Shown here one piece after another: positions 53,801 to 64,000 of a DNA stretch of 64,000 nt (positions are counted from its first letter, which is position 1; the number at the start of each line of letters is the position of its first letter). The translations under genes were made by a program, and so were the position numbers. Below the pieces are notes generated by a model. That model made no database searches and had not been told where the DNA came from. It worked only from the letters and a program-made list of their open reading frames with translations. This stretch comes from a virus, in IMG/VR virus record IMGVR_UViG_3300044825_001003, positions 1-64,000 of that record. One strand, 5' to 3'.

Positions 53801-56800
53801 TAAAGACGAAGTTCTATGACATGGGGGCGTCTCTAACCAAGAAGAACTTTACCGATATTGGGATTGAGTATACCTCTGGAAGCATTGACTCCAATAACAA
53901 CCCAGTAAACGATAACACGTTTAACTACAAGCTGTATTACGATTACGCCAGTACGGCTGATGCGTCTGACTCTAAGGTAATTCCAAGCTCCCCAGCATCC
54001 CGCAATATTGCCGAGTTCCCCTTGCAACAAGCTGGGTCTCCCCTCGCGTCAGCGGGCAAAGAGGCACGCTCTGTCATGTTTGCGCTTTGGGGTGTCTCCA
54101 AAGCGTACAACACGTTCCATAATTTCGCCTTTACATTTATCCCGCTGTCTGAAATCATCAAAGGCAGAGTTACGGACTGGGACGACCTTGGCCACCCGTT
54201 TGATAAGCGGTTGTTCAACGTAACTATTGAGTACGATAACAGCAATACTGAACTTGTGCTCTACCTAGATACGGTCTCAGGGCTAAATAGCACCACTACG
54301 ACCCTGGCCCAGCAGACCATCACGCTTGCGGCAAAGTCTGGTAGGGCAAAGAGCAGCATTCCGATCACTGCCGACATTATTGCCAAGTTAGTCAGGCTTC
54401 GCCCGAAAGTAGCCACGGTTGACTATCAGATCTTCAACTACTCATTCCAGAAGGAAGACTACCCTCGGGACATCGTAAACAACACTGATTGGTCGGACCT
54501 TGGGTATCCATACGAGAAGAGGCTTTATCAGCTTTACATTAACTGCGATACTAACAGTCAAAATGTAAGCGTGGATATCGAGGCCGATGGCGCTGTACTT
54601 CAGACCGTAACGGTAAACGGCAGCGCGACGAACCGTATGCAGACAATCCCGATCAATAAAGACTTGATCGGCAAGTTGATACGTTTGAAAGTATCTGGCA
54701 GCATCCCTGCTGGTGGAAAGTTCCAGTTATTCGATTTCAAATTCGATTACGAAAAACTGCCGCAGCCAACAGTTCTATCTACTCCGTGGAACGACTTCGG
54801 ATACGACTACTTGAAATACGCAGAGCAGATCAGCTTTGACGTGAATACAAATAACCAAGTGGTCCCGGTAAGCATCTACGGAGATGGCGTTCTGATGCAG
54901 ACGGTAAACGTAACCGGAACTCAGGCAAACCGTAATCAAATTATTACCCTAAACCCAGCTCTCACCTTCCGAACTATGCGATTGGAAGTTGGAGTCATAC
55001 CGGCTGGGGGCAGGTTCCAGCTATGGGATTACCGTCCAATCTTTAGACCGGCTGACAAGGGCGAAGTCTATCACACTTTTGACTGGGATGACTTGCAATA
55101 TCCCTACGATAAGAAGCTGACTGAAGTAAGCATAGAGTTTGAAACTGGGGCATCGGATGATGTAAAAATCGCTCTCGATATCCTGTCTGGCGTGGATGGG
55201 AATACCAGGACTCTAGCTTTTCAAACTCTAACCCTCCCTAATACGAGCGGGGCTAGAGGCTTTAAGACGTTTCCAATTAATGAAACAGTTTGCAAGATGA
55301 TCCGAATTCGAGCAATCGGCTCCGGCTCACCGACGACATCTGTTCTTCCGGCTACGTTTAAGATGTACGGGTATAAATTTGGAAACGTAGTTCAATACCC
55401 AGCAGACATTGTTAATTTCACCGACTGGTCTGACTTGGGCTACCAGTACGAAAAGCGACTCTATCAGTTATATGTTAATTGCGATACGAATGGCCAGAAC
55501 GTAAGCGTAAATATCGAGGCCGATGGCACCGTTCTTCAGACCGTAACCATTAATGGGACCGCCACAAACAGGATGCAGCCTATCCCAATAAACAAAGACT
55601 TGATAGGTAAACTGATTAGACTGAATGTGGTCAGCGTTCCGGCTGGCGGTAAATTTCAGCTCTTTGACTACAAGTTCGATTTTGAAAGTCTTCCCAAGCC
55701 AATCGTTCTATCTACTCCTTGGTCTGATTTTGGATACGACTACCTCAAGTATGCCGAGCAGATCAGTTTCGATGTAAACACAAACAATCAAGTCGTTCCC
55801 GTCAGTATTTATGGCGACGGCGTTCTAATGCAGACCGTCAATGTCACGGGAACACAGGCGAACCGGAATCAGATTATCACTTTGAATCCAGCGTTAACAT
55901 TCCGTACCATGCGGCTAGAGGTCGGGACTGTTCCTGCTGGTGGAAGATTCCAACTATGGGACTACAGGCCGATCTTCCGCCCAGCCGACAAGGGAGAGGT
56001 TTATCATACCTTTGACTGGGATGACCTCCAGTATCCGTATGACAAAAAGCTAACCGAAGTGACGATTGAGTTTGAAACCGGAGCCGCAGATGATGTCAAG
56101 ATTGCCCTTGATACATTATCTGGGCTTAACGGGACTACTCAAACACTCGCTTTCCAGACTTTGACTCTGCCTAACACCAGCGGAATCAGAGGCTTTAAGA
56201 CCTTTGCTATCCCAGAGACTGTCTGTAAGATGATTCGAATCCGTGCCATTGGCTCCGGGTCGCCAACTACAGCGGTTCTTCCGGCATCCTTTAAGATGTA
56301 CGGCTACAAGTTTGGCAATGTCATTCAATACCCAGCCGATATCGTCAACTTTACCGACTGGTCGGATCTTGGGTACGAGTACGAAAAGCGCTTCTACCAG
56401 CTCTATGTAAACTGCGATACGAACGGTCAGAATGTGACCGTGAATATTGAAGGCGACGGCGCTGTATTGCAGGCAGTGACGATCAACGGAACGGCTACCA
56501 ACAGAATGCAGGCGATCCCGATGAATAAAGATCTGATCGCAAAGCTGGTCAGGCTCAACGTAGTTAGTATCCCTGCTGGCGGCAAGTTCCAACTATTCGA
56601 TCAGAAGTTTGAATACGAGAATCTTCCAAAGCCTATCATCTTGTCTACTCCATGGACTGACTTTGGCTACGACTATATGAAGTACGCCGAGCAGATCACG
56701 TTTGATGTGAATACAAATGGATACCAGATACCAGTTGACATTTACTGCGACGGCATATGGAAGCAGCGCGTTGTTGTCGAAGGTACTCAGGAGGACAGGA

Positions 56801-57942
56801 ACTTTAACTGCACCCTCAATCCTGCGATCACCTTCCAGACGATGCGCCTTCAGGTAAATCAAGATCAGATTCCAACCGGAGGAAGGTTCCAGCTTTGGGA
56901 ATACAAGCCAATATTCCGTCCATCGGATAAAGGCCCGGTATACCACACGTTTGACTGGGACAATCTTGAGCACCCATATGACAAGAAGATCAGCGAGGTC
57001 ACGATTGAGTTCGAGACAAACGGCAAGGATGTAGTTGTAGTTCTTGATACGATCACCGGAGTTAACGGCAATACAGAAAATCTAGCCGTACAAAGCTTCA
57101 CTCTAAACTCTACTGGTCGCGGATACAAGACCTTCCCCATTCCAGAGACAATCTGCAAGATGGTAAGAATCCGCGCGTTATCCACAGGCGGTAGGGCAAA
57201 TCGACTCGACCCTGACTTTAAGATGTGGGGATACAGGTTCGGCAATACTGTCCCGTATCCACCAGATATCCAGAGGTTTACCGAGTGGACCGATCTTGAA
57301 TACCCTTGCGACAAGATCTTCCGGGGCGTCGGACTGACGATTGACACTGGTGGTGTTGATTGTACTGTAACGCTTGAAGTTGACGGGGTAGCCAAGCAGA
57401 CTTTTACGGTAAACACAACTAGCGCGGCGCGGCAAACATTTCTCACGGCTCAAAATGGAGTCGAAATTATTGGCAAGATGTATCGTCTTACTTTCACTCC
57501 TGGTACTGGAGGGAAGGCTCAGGTATTCTCGGCTCCACAGTTTAACACCGTAAAGGACTCTTGCCCGTTCGTGTTCCTCGATAGCTACGAGCAAGGTCTT
57601 GGAAGTGCTGGATACTCAGTCCTTAAGCAATTCTGGGCTGACTACAAATGCGATGGAAGTATCACGATCAAGTTCTACAACGAGGAGAATGTATTATTCT
57701 ACTCAAAGACTCTGGGAGCGCACGCCTCAAGAGACGTGGAAAGATTCTATCTTCCCTCAATCAACAACGGCGTAATCAACAAGAGCAAGAAGCACCGTAT
57801 TACAATAGAAGCTGTAGACCCCACGAAGCCGTTTAAGTGGTATCGAGACACGTCCCGGCTGGAGTATATCAACCTATCGGCAGACCAGCGCCAAGGCTAC
57901 TACCAGTTCATTCCGTGGACCAACATGCAACTCCCGGTGTAA
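50839..57942 (+). CDS. Large tail protein (nozzle/stabilisation-like) with tandem ~310-aa repeats
   Basis: Beta-propeller-like core (NRMWVAGD, LLYSSK.GRPESFP, WFLSNDGIY) followed by repeated W.DLGY.Y.K domains. Confidence 0.8.
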   Translation: MAQNVTQRFPFSNKGVVQKIDINQLQDGQYSFLLNTVSEQEGSLSPRYGSRNLPGEWKASNGSTTVATPSVINTLHVTQIGATADPTIYAVGGVNIFRKDGELSNYRKVADSITGNSKRIGMSTYKIDQASTSGVTYIGTGYNTHTYGGSSYFRGMLRDSGKTGEDSYYWGILPPAAPAIATPGSVVTKSVIVDGSASYTGDPGSGPPVTLTVNSTRVTGNITSATEQPTGSKFYKLVLSPSSTEWLPGMFVKDAGGQASIIEKVDSAGAIYAYFDTAPSTSITALTSGTATGAAGLMYTATSGAITADLSFGGVDAEGYISDDTVGFSFYTSTPEKIYDIRLRLYTGSSSNSYYEKAISPGPVQDLQNAATGNSFQNPENADTQALDNGASDSVGATNVPLPTGENINYDPIQTGLTPTYLAPMKRGVGGWSQVEISKRSFIAVGQSATNDGGGAGNLSWANITKVEVLVRPITTTDVVVFKLGAVFAYGGKGVNSNYSAKLTPYSYVYTYKNPTTGAESNPSIEMIAESGINIVRQGIGVTVLGITNGGFDTGVSQICIYRQGGSFTDGFYRRVGVITNPGATYTTFMDTADDLSIIGAPIADFDNDAPVTSDLGFEYKGAIATANISKGSSPVTVNVTGVSYPSGGDLRTILTPGTIVNIGGGIATSTGKQESCIVASVSASSFTTYVQHDHLIGESIIWDTNAGIAGDILCSAFNRMWVAGDPNNRHLLYSSKTGRPESFPVINQGTGNPHVLAVSSPDNPINGIAEFNGEIVCLCQNGIYTVRLDNGRLVGPFKTPANRGLVLKYAWGYVDNEIWFLSNDGIYAWGGGAVRKVSFAIDFVFNKKTVNGIAYFDRNNSTYYPMCNIQQKGNEVFFNYINSDGWFYILRYHILFDRWSVDEVYDPASNISKTENGIPLRAVSVTAIFAEKASNKLYAAKTIETGTSPSFTYTASLIEYDVIGIHRDAVTNIADPYASGTSVYYEVKTKFYDMGASLTKKNFTDIGIEYTSGSIDSNNNPVNDNTFNYKLYYDYASTADASDSKVIPSSPASRNIAEFPLQQAGSPLASAGKEARSVMFALWGVSKAYNTFHNFAFTFIPLSEIIKGRVTDWDDLGHPFDKRLFNVTIEYDNSNTELVLYLDTVSGLNSTTTTLAQQTITLAAKSGRAKSSIPITADIIAKLVRLRPKVATVDYQIFNYSFQKEDYPRDIVNNTDWSDLGYPYEKRLYQLYINCDTNSQNVSVDIEADGAVLQTVTVNGSATNRMQTIPINKDLIGKLIRLKVSGSIPAGGKFQLFDFKFDYEKLPQPTVLSTPWNDFGYDYLKYAEQISFDVNTNNQVVPVSIYGDGVLMQTVNVTGTQANRNQIITLNPALTFRTMRLEVGVIPAGGRFQLWDYRPIFRPADKGEVYHTFDWDDLQYPYDKKLTEVSIEFETGASDDVKIALDILSGVDGNTRTLAFQTLTLPNTSGARGFKTFPINETVCKMIRIRAIGSGSPTTSVLPATFKMYGYKFGNVVQYPADIVNFTDWSDLGYQYEKRLYQLYVNCDTNGQNVSVNIEADGTVLQTVTINGTATNRMQPIPINKDLIGKLIRLNVVSVPAGGKFQLFDYKFDFESLPKPIVLSTPWSDFGYDYLKYAEQISFDVNTNNQVVPVSIYGDGVLMQTVNVTGTQANRNQIITLNPALTFRTMRLEVGTVPAGGRFQLWDYRPIFRPADKGEVYHTFDWDDLQYPYDKKLTEVTIEFETGAADDVKIALDTLSGLNGTTQTLAFQTLTLPNTSGIRGFKTFAIPETVCKMIRIRAIGSGSPTTAVLPASFKMYGYKFGNVIQYPADIVNFTDWSDLGYEYEKRFYQLYVNCDTNGQNVTVNIEGDGAVLQAVTINGTATNRMQAIPMNKDLIAKLVRLNVVSIPAGGKFQLFDQKFEYENLPKPIILSTPWTDFGYDYMKYAEQITFDVNTNGYQIPVDIYCDGIWKQRVVVEGTQEDRNFNCTLNPAITFQTMRLQVNQDQIPTGGRFQLWEYKPIFRPSDKGPVYHTFDWDNLEHPYDKKISEVTIEFETNGKDVVVVLDTITGVNGNTENLAVQSFTLNSTGRGYKTFPIPETICKMVRIRALSTGGRANRLDPDFKMWGYRFGNTVPYPPDIQRFTEWTDLEYPCDKIFRGVGLTIDTGGVDCTVTLEVDGVAKQTFTVNTTSAARQTFLTAQNGVEIIGKMYRLTFTPGTGGKAQVFSAPQFNTVKDSCPFVFLDSYEQGLGSAGYSVLKQFWADYKCDGSITIKFYNEENVLFYSKTLGAHASRDVERFYLPSINNGVINKSKKHRITIEAVDPTKPFKWYRDTSRLEYINLSADQRQGYYQFIPWTNMQLPV
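54469..57264 (+). repeat. Three tandem intragenic repeats of about 930 nt
   Basis: Unit starts at 54469, 55405, 56338 (next boundary 57265); periods of 936, 933 and 927 nt. Confidence 0.9.
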
Positions 57943-57945
57943 TAG

Positions 57946-60900
57946 ATGGAAACAAAAGAACCAGATAGCAGGCTGTCGGTAAGGAAAGAAGACCTGGATG
58001 ACCAGGAGCTTTACCGATTAAATCAAGTCATCAACGATCTTTACTCTAAGGTCTCTACGGCCAGAGATGAGACGGCTGATGCTGCGGGTAAATTCACCCG
58101 GTCTGGTGTAATCAAGTCACCCAATGACCAATCCACTAACCCTGTCCCTATTCTTCCTTCTACCGGGATACCTCAACCCGGAGCCGGTGATTGGACTCTT
58201 AATTCGGTAGTTTACTCAGCCGGAGAAGACGGTCTTCAGTATGGCTTTGCTAGTGCGACTATCTCTAATAAGTCGGCAGCAGTTGACTACTACTCCATGT
58301 TTATCCAGGACTACTCTTCTGGATATGTGGATACGAACGGAACCGCCGTCACTCTGACTGCCGCCAGTAAAGAAGCTGGAAATACTTTTGAGAACTGTGT
58401 AGCTAATCAGGTAATTAATATCAACGGGGTAGCTTATACTATTGCAAGCGCCCCGGTTTCTCCTTTTGAGAGCCTAACTTTAACTACTAGCGCTGGGGTC
58501 CAATCAAATGTATACTTCAACCTTAATCCAGTAAACGGCGGCAAATGGGAAGAGATTGCTTCCGATGCAGAAGCAGGAACTTGGCAACTTCGACCGCCTA
58601 CTGGATGGGACGTTCCTTGCTGTATCACCGCAAGTACTAAAGACGAAAAGACCTACCAGCCGGAAGATAACGTAAACTACAAGCGCCTTGTATTTGCTCC
58701 ATGGGCCGACGCTCCACAGGTGACGAACTTTAGCGTGACCGTTGAGCAGCAAGACCCAACTACAACGGACATCCCTAGCGGAAAATTTGTCGTAAATTTC
58801 ACAAAGCCGCTTGACCCAGAATATTACTACGCTTCAGTTGAGCGCTTGTGGTACGTCAATAGTTCTTTTACCGGGAATATAGGAGCTACCGCAGTTGTAG
58901 ATATTGTCGGAAACACGGTTACGTACAACTCTACTTCATCTATTTATGGAGCATACTTCAAGGGTCAGCTATTCAACAACATCCAGCCTGGGGACACTGT
59001 ATATATAGATGTCGGGCCAAGCCTGCCGGAAACAAGTTCCTATATTGTCTCTGAAGTCATCAGCAATACTCAGATAAAACTAACAACAAACCCACCAGCG
59101 GGAACAGAGCGGCTTTTTGCTCAATGGGGTAGAGTAGCTGGGGAGATAAATCCTTTCACGCAAACAGACTACTGGCCCTTGCCTACTTCGGCAGAATACT
59201 GGAAATTCAGGTGTAGATCTGTAAACCATAGGGAAATCGCAAACAACACCGCATTCCCAACTTCAAATGTAACCGTCCCTGCCTCTGGCGGAATCACGCC
59301 ACTAACCCCAGCTACTCAGCCTGGATCTGGCGACTGGTCATTAAACGCATTACAGTATTCGACCGACGAAGCTGGCAACTCTTCGATCTTTGTTAGCGCC
59401 ACGATTACGACCCCAGCGGCAAACGCAGATTATTATTCACTTTTCTGGCAGCGAACATCGACTCCTGTTTCTGGAGACTGGATTGAAATTGCTGCTGATG
59501 CTACGGCTGGCACTTGGCAAGAATGGCCTTCGGCTGGTGCGACTTACGTTGTCGCTATCGCCGCAAACAAAAACACCTATAAGCTTGACCAGCCAGACGA
59601 AAGTATCCCGTCTTACTATAAGAGCCTTGTCATTCCGGCATGGGGTCCAGCGGATCAGGTAACCGGATTTTCCGTTACCGTTGAAACTCAAAACAGGGCT
59701 GGAATACCTAGCGGAAGATTCGTATTTAACTTTACAAAGCCATCCGACCCTGACTACTACTACGCACAGATATCAAGGATCGCCACAGATGCGACCTACA
59801 CCCCTCTGCCTGGAGCGGTTTATGGAGTAGTAGCCGGAGAGGTAAACCCAACAAAACAAACAGATTGGTGGCCTCTTCCTGCAACTGCTGAGTATTGGAC
59901 ATTCAAATCGGAATCGGTAAATTACCGAAAGGAATTTAACACAACTTCAGCGCCAATATCAAATGTATCGGTATCCACTAGCAGTGGCATTACGCAGATT
60001 GCGCCAGCAACTATTACGACAGCAGCTTTTGCTTCTACAATTCGGCCAGTTGATCTTGTATCTACGGCCTCTATATCCGTTAGTTCTATAGTTGTAGCTT
60101 CTAATACTGGGACTGTAACCACATCCTCCGCTCATGGACTTGCAAGCGGAAGACAGGTAGCAATATTTGGAGGAACAGGGACAAGCTCTAAGCTAAACGG
60201 TCTATATGCGATTACCGTAACTGGCGCAAATACATTCACTATCACAACTTCAGGCGTATCCAATGGCACGTATAGCGCCGGGCTAAGTGAGGTTCCGCTT
60301 CCATCGCTTCCATCGGCTACATATCCAAGTGGGGCTGTAGCATTTATGACGGCCAACACCAAGCTGTATAGATCTAATGGAACCTCTTGGACGTCGGCTG
60401 CTGACGGTAGCGATATTATCTCCAACTCTATCACCGCTGGCCAGATCGCCGCTGGGGCTATCAGCACGACAGAGTTGTTTGCCGGTGAAATATTGGTCGG
60501 CCAGGGCAGCGGGAAGCCAACTAGATTTAAGGTAGTAGACTCAAGCAGTAATACAATTGGCTTTATTGGGGATGATAGCAGCATTCCTTTTGTTGGTGCG
60601 TATTTCGTCAACCTTAGGATTGGGCCAAATATCAGCACCCCTATTATCTCGGCAAGTTCTTCTGGTGTCTCTATAAATGGAGCAACTTTCTCGCTTGCTG
60701 CGAATGGGATTACGACCACAATAGACAATACCACGTCTGGCGGATATACCGCTGGGCTGAGAATAGTAAATACAGCAGCAGATAAACTGATCCAGCTAGG
60801 TCTTGACGGCCCATCTAATTACCCATCTTTCAGAGTAAACGACACGTCCGCTAATTCTGGGTTTGTTTTATCCGTAACGAATACTGGAGGGTCTGCTACA

Positions 60901-63900
60901 TTCAATGATTTAGCTGGCTCAAGCGGCGTAGAAATACAGGGCCAGTATTCTACGTATACTACAGGCGGTTTCCGTGGGTCTATTACCACTGGCAGAATCC
61001 AGGCAACTAGAGAGTTTCAACTTGGCAGTACCGCTACCGCAGGATATGTATTAACCACCGACGCCCAAGGCGTAGGCACTTGGCAATCTCTTCCAGGCGG
61101 GGGGATATCTTCAATAAATTCCCAGACCGGTCCTGCTATAACAATTGCAGCAAGTACTGGTATTTCGATTGCTTCTGCCACAAACACAATAACCATTACC
61201 AATAGTGGCGTCACATCCCTGACTGGCACTACTAATCAGGTAAATGTATCAGCATCGACAGGCTCGGTGACTCTAAGCCTGCCGCAAGATATCGCAACTA
61301 CGTCATCGCCAACCTTTACAGCCGTCAATACCGCTACAGTTGGCCCGACCTCAGCTACCGCTCTCAACCTTAGAACGGACAATACTACCAGATGGTCAAT
61401 TGATTCTGCGGGGATGCTTTCTCCAGGGGCAAATGATACCTATGACATTGGCTTAACTGGAACCAGGGTTAGGACTATATATTCCAGAGCTGGAGAGTTT
61501 TACGTTTCTGGAGGGACTTCAACCAGCGACTACCTGACCACCAGGAAGTTAAATATTTATGATTCAACCGGGACTAACGCCGGATGGGACATACAAGCCA
61601 CCGCCAGCCTTACCAGTTCACTGTTAATAAGGGACAATTCCGGTAACTCGGTAATTCAGTTCGTAAGAACGACCGGCTCTGACTATGCAGATGTATACGT
61701 AGACCTTCTACCAAGTCCAAATAACGGGCAAAAACTAGGCAGCGCTTCTTACATGTGGAGCGCTATCCACGTCACGGATATATACACATCTGGCGGAAGC
61801 GTATACGGGAGTCTCGATCCAGCAGCTACCAACACCTACACTATCGGCAGTACATCAAAGAGGTGGTCTCAGGTAAATACGGTTGCACTTAACGCAACAG
61901 GTACAATTACGTTTCCAACTGGCGCTTCAAACGGATACGTCTGGACTTCCGATGCTTCTGGCGTAGGTAGCTGGCAAGCTGTTTCTGGCTCAAGTCAATG
62001 GACTACCAGTGGATCGGATATATATCGAAGCACCGGGATAGTCACTGTCGGCGCTACTACGCCAACTGTTCGACTTGGACAGAATTTCAACGTAAACTAC
62101 TCTAATGATTACTCCGGTATAGCTATAAACACTTGGTCTAGTACCGGAAGCCATGGGTCTATCGTAGATTTTAACAAGTCTGCCTCGTCAACAATCGGAA
62201 CCCAATCAGCAGTAGCAAGCGGCAACTCTCTAGGCTTATTAGTATTTAGAGGTTCTGACGGAACTTCATTCCAGAGATCTTCTGAAATAATTGCAGAAGT
62301 TGACTCTTCCGTATCTTCAGGCATAGTCCCTGGTAGGATTTCGCTAAGGACAGCAAATTCTTCAGGTGTGATGACCGACAGGGTAAGAATTGATTCAACT
62401 GGCAAAATAGGCTTTGGAACAACCACTCCATCCCAACCTATTAACGCATCAGTTACAGACTCTAGCACTGGGGCTACCAGCAGTATTAGCGGAAGCGATA
62501 CCTTGGCTGGGTATTACGGTCAGACGTTCGCTTCTCCAAGCTCTAATCCGGCAGGAATAAGACTATATACCAGTGCGTATCAAGAAGTAACATCGACAAC
62601 TGGTGGCGCGAATGTGACGGTGAGTGGCTCTGTTTCTCGCGCGAATCATTCTGGTTCGACATTAATTGCAGCCGCTTACGGATCTCAGTCCTTTGTGTTT
62701 AACTCAGGCACTGGCAATATAGATTCCGCAGTCGGGCACCTTTATGGAACCTATATTGTAGGATCTGGAAATATAGTAAACAATTTTGGGATCGTCGTAG
62801 GAACCCCCGTATTAACTAGTTCTGGTACTATAACCAACAACTATGGAATCTATATTCAAGACCAGAATATAGGCACTACTAAATGGGGAATTTATGTAGA
62901 CGGAAGCAGTGTAAATAGCTACTTCGCGGGTAGGATCGGTATCGGCGCAACTCCAGATGCACTATTAACTGTTAATACAATTGCAAGTTTCGGCGACGGC
63001 GCAGCAGCCACTCCATCCATCGCACACAAGGGAGACTTGAACACAGGGTTTTGGTTCCCCGCTGCGGATACAATAGCTGCTTCGACCGCTGGGGTCGAAA
63101 GGTGGAGGATAAACTCTTCAGGCGTCCTTGTTCCAGGAGCAAGTGACACTTATGATATTGGCGTTACCTCTCCATCTTTGAATAGAGCTAGGAATATCTA
63201 CTCTCAATCTATCAACACGGCAAGCGTAGATGTTGTCAGCGGTACGTCTGTCTCTTCATACTGGAGGCATTCGCTTTCTGGATCTAGCACATACAGGCTC
63301 AGCAGCGGAGGAGGCAGCCCTCAAATAGAATTACAGGCCACTGTAGTCAGCTCTAGCAATACACAATTCGGCATAAGGGGCACGCTATATCCTTTAGATA
63401 CAACCGGATCCAATGGAGATTTAGGGTATTCTTCAATTCCATGGAGATCCCTGTATATTAACGGCTTAATCAGCGCAAACGGATCGGTGGGGAGTAACGG
63501 GCAACTCCTATCTACCAATGGAACGACACTCGCTCAATGGGTCAATATCACCAGCCAGCTTACCGGAGGAACCGGAGTTACTATCAGCGGGACAACTAAC
63601 GCTACCATTTCTATCGGTCAAGCAGTTGGCACTACAAGTAATGTTACGTTTAATAGTATTACCCTGGCCAATGGTAACACTAATGGCATATCGCTTAAAG
63701 ATACAGGCGGAACAGCCAGGGTGTGCCTCACTATTGGCTCCGATAACAATCTATACCTAGACAACAATGATTCAACGTATGACATCTACATCAGACCAGG
63801 GGCCAGCCGGTACACCTTCGTGGACGGAGCTTACTTCGCCCCATTCACGAACAACGGCATAAGCCTTGGATACAACGGACAAGGATGGTCGAATGTATAT

Positions 63901-64000
63901 TCTTATGCGTACTGGGCTCACAACGGAACAAGTTGGACGGCTGGCTGGACTGGAACATTTACCGCAGACGGCCAAACCGTGACAGTCCAAGATGGAATCA
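57946..64000 (+). CDS. Giant tail fibre/host-specificity protein (>2000 aa), truncated by the window
   Basis: ATG 57946 (METKEPDSRL); frame still open at the window end (TADGQTVTVQDGI). Contains ITAGQIAAGAI, GYVLTTDAQG.GTWQ and YDIG....R repeats. Confidence 0.85.
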   Translation, partial: METKEPDSRLSVRKEDLDDQELYRLNQVINDLYSKVSTARDETADAAGKFTRSGVIKSPNDQSTNPVPILPSTGIPQPGAGDWTLNSVVYSAGEDGLQYGFASATISNKSAAVDYYSMFIQDYSSGYVDTNGTAVTLTAASKEAGNTFENCVANQVININGVAYTIASAPVSPFESLTLTTSAGVQSNVYFNLNPVNGGKWEEIASDAEAGTWQLRPPTGWDVPCCITASTKDEKTYQPEDNVNYKRLVFAPWADAPQVTNFSVTVEQQDPTTTDIPSGKFVVNFTKPLDPEYYYASVERLWYVNSSFTGNIGATAVVDIVGNTVTYNSTSSIYGAYFKGQLFNNIQPGDTVYIDVGPSLPETSSYIVSEVISNTQIKLTTNPPAGTERLFAQWGRVAGEINPFTQTDYWPLPTSAEYWKFRCRSVNHREIANNTAFPTSNVTVPASGGITPLTPATQPGSGDWSLNALQYSTDEAGNSSIFVSATITTPAANADYYSLFWQRTSTPVSGDWIEIAADATAGTWQEWPSAGATYVVAIAANKNTYKLDQPDESIPSYYKSLVIPAWGPADQVTGFSVTVETQNRAGIPSGRFVFNFTKPSDPDYYYAQISRIATDATYTPLPGAVYGVVAGEVNPTKQTDWWPLPATAEYWTFKSESVNYRKEFNTTSAPISNVSVSTSSGITQIAPATITTAAFASTIRPVDLVSTASISVSSIVVASNTGTVTTSSAHGLASGRQVAIFGGTGTSSKLNGLYAITVTGANTFTITTSGVSNGTYSAGLSEVPLPSLPSATYPSGAVAFMTANTKLYRSNGTSWTSAADGSDIISNSITAGQIAAGAISTTELFAGEILVGQGSGKPTRFKVVDSSSNTIGFIGDDSSIPFVGAYFVNLRIGPNISTPIISASSSGVSINGATFSLAANGITTTIDNTTSGGYTAGLRIVNTAADKLIQLGLDGPSNYPSFRVNDTSANSGFVLSVTNTGGSATFNDLAGSSGVEIQGQYSTYTTGGFRGSITTGRIQATREFQLGSTATAGYVLTTDAQGVGTWQSLPGGGISSINSQTGPAITIAASTGISIASATNTITITNSGVTSLTGTTNQVNVSASTGSVTLSLPQDIATTSSPTFTAVNTATVGPTSATALNLRTDNTTRWSIDSAGMLSPGANDTYDIGLTGTRVRTIYSRAGEFYVSGGTSTSDYLTTRKLNIYDSTGTNAGWDIQATASLTSSLLIRDNSGNSVIQFVRTTGSDYADVYVDLLPSPNNGQKLGSASYMWSAIHVTDIYTSGGSVYGSLDPAATNTYTIGSTSKRWSQVNTVALNATGTITFPTGASNGYVWTSDASGVGSWQAVSGSSQWTTSGSDIYRSTGIVTVGATTPTVRLGQNFNVNYSNDYSGIAINTWSSTGSHGSIVDFNKSASSTIGTQSAVASGNSLGLLVFRGSDGTSFQRSSEIIAEVDSSVSSGIVPGRISLRTANSSGVMTDRVRIDSTGKIGFGTTTPSQPINASVTDSSTGATSSISGSDTLAGYYGQTFASPSSNPAGIRLYTSAYQEVTSTTGGANVTVSGSVSRANHSGSTLIAAAYGSQSFVFNSGTGNIDSAVGHLYGTYIVGSGNIVNNFGIVVGTPVLTSSGTITNNYGIYIQDQNIGTTKWGIYVDGSSVNSYFAGRIGIGATPDALLTVNTIASFGDGAAATPSIAHKGDLNTGFWFPAADTIAASTAGVERWRINSSGVLVPGASDTYDIGVTSPSLNRARNIYSQSINTASVDVVSGTSVSSYWRHSLSGSSTYRLSSGGGSPQIELQATVVSSSNTQFGIRGTLYPLDTTGSNGDLGYSSIPWRSLYINGLISANGSVGSNGQLLSTNGTTLAQWVNITSQLTGGTGVTISGTTNATISIGQAVGTTSNVTFNSITLANGNTNGISLKDTGGTARVCLTIGSDNNLYLDNNDSTYDIYIRPGASRYTFVDGAYFAPFTNNGISLGYNGQGWSNVYSYAYWAHNGTSWTAGWTGTFTADGQTVTVQDGI

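Noticed and set aside
1-64000. Stop-codon reassignment or alternative genetic code
   Set aside because: Long genes are intact in the standard code, and TAA, TAG and TGA all terminate genes.

Overview
64-kb segment of a tailed dsDNA bacteriophage (about 50-55% GC by eye; probably short-tailed/podovirus-like, with no tape-measure gene, integrase, tRNA or CRISPR seen). It has two arms that diverge from a non-coding G-rich/AT-rich junction at about 17.2-17.8 kb. The left arm (minus strand) carries small putative early genes, two copies of an amidoligase + class II glutamine amidotransferase module, a PseT-like polynucleotide kinase/phosphatase, a ParB-like protein, an ERF annealase, a PD-(D/E)XK nuclease and an SF2 helicase with a mini-intein. 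The right arm (plus strand) carries C5 and N6A DNA methyltransferases, an M15 peptidase, many small genes, tail fibres, Dps, dUTPase, a deaminase, two SSBs, basic proteins, terminase, portal, PhoH, scaffold, major capsid, three adaptor-like paralogues, a 2367-aa repeat-extended tail protein and a >2000-aa fibre that runs off the window. The most unusual observation is two promoter-plus-terminator small RNA units (22.68 kb and 23.95 kb) that expose anti-Shine-Dalgarno sequences. The 23.95-kb RNA is complementary over 10-19 nt to ribosome-binding sites of the phage's own early genes, while many middle genes appear leaderless. This suggests an sRNA-based translational switch. Also notable: a strand-biased GGTTA motif field (10.7-14.9 kb), inverted motifs bounding the 14.85-17.3 kb block, and signal-peptide-bearing fibre-like proteins. 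All calls are by eye, without database searches.
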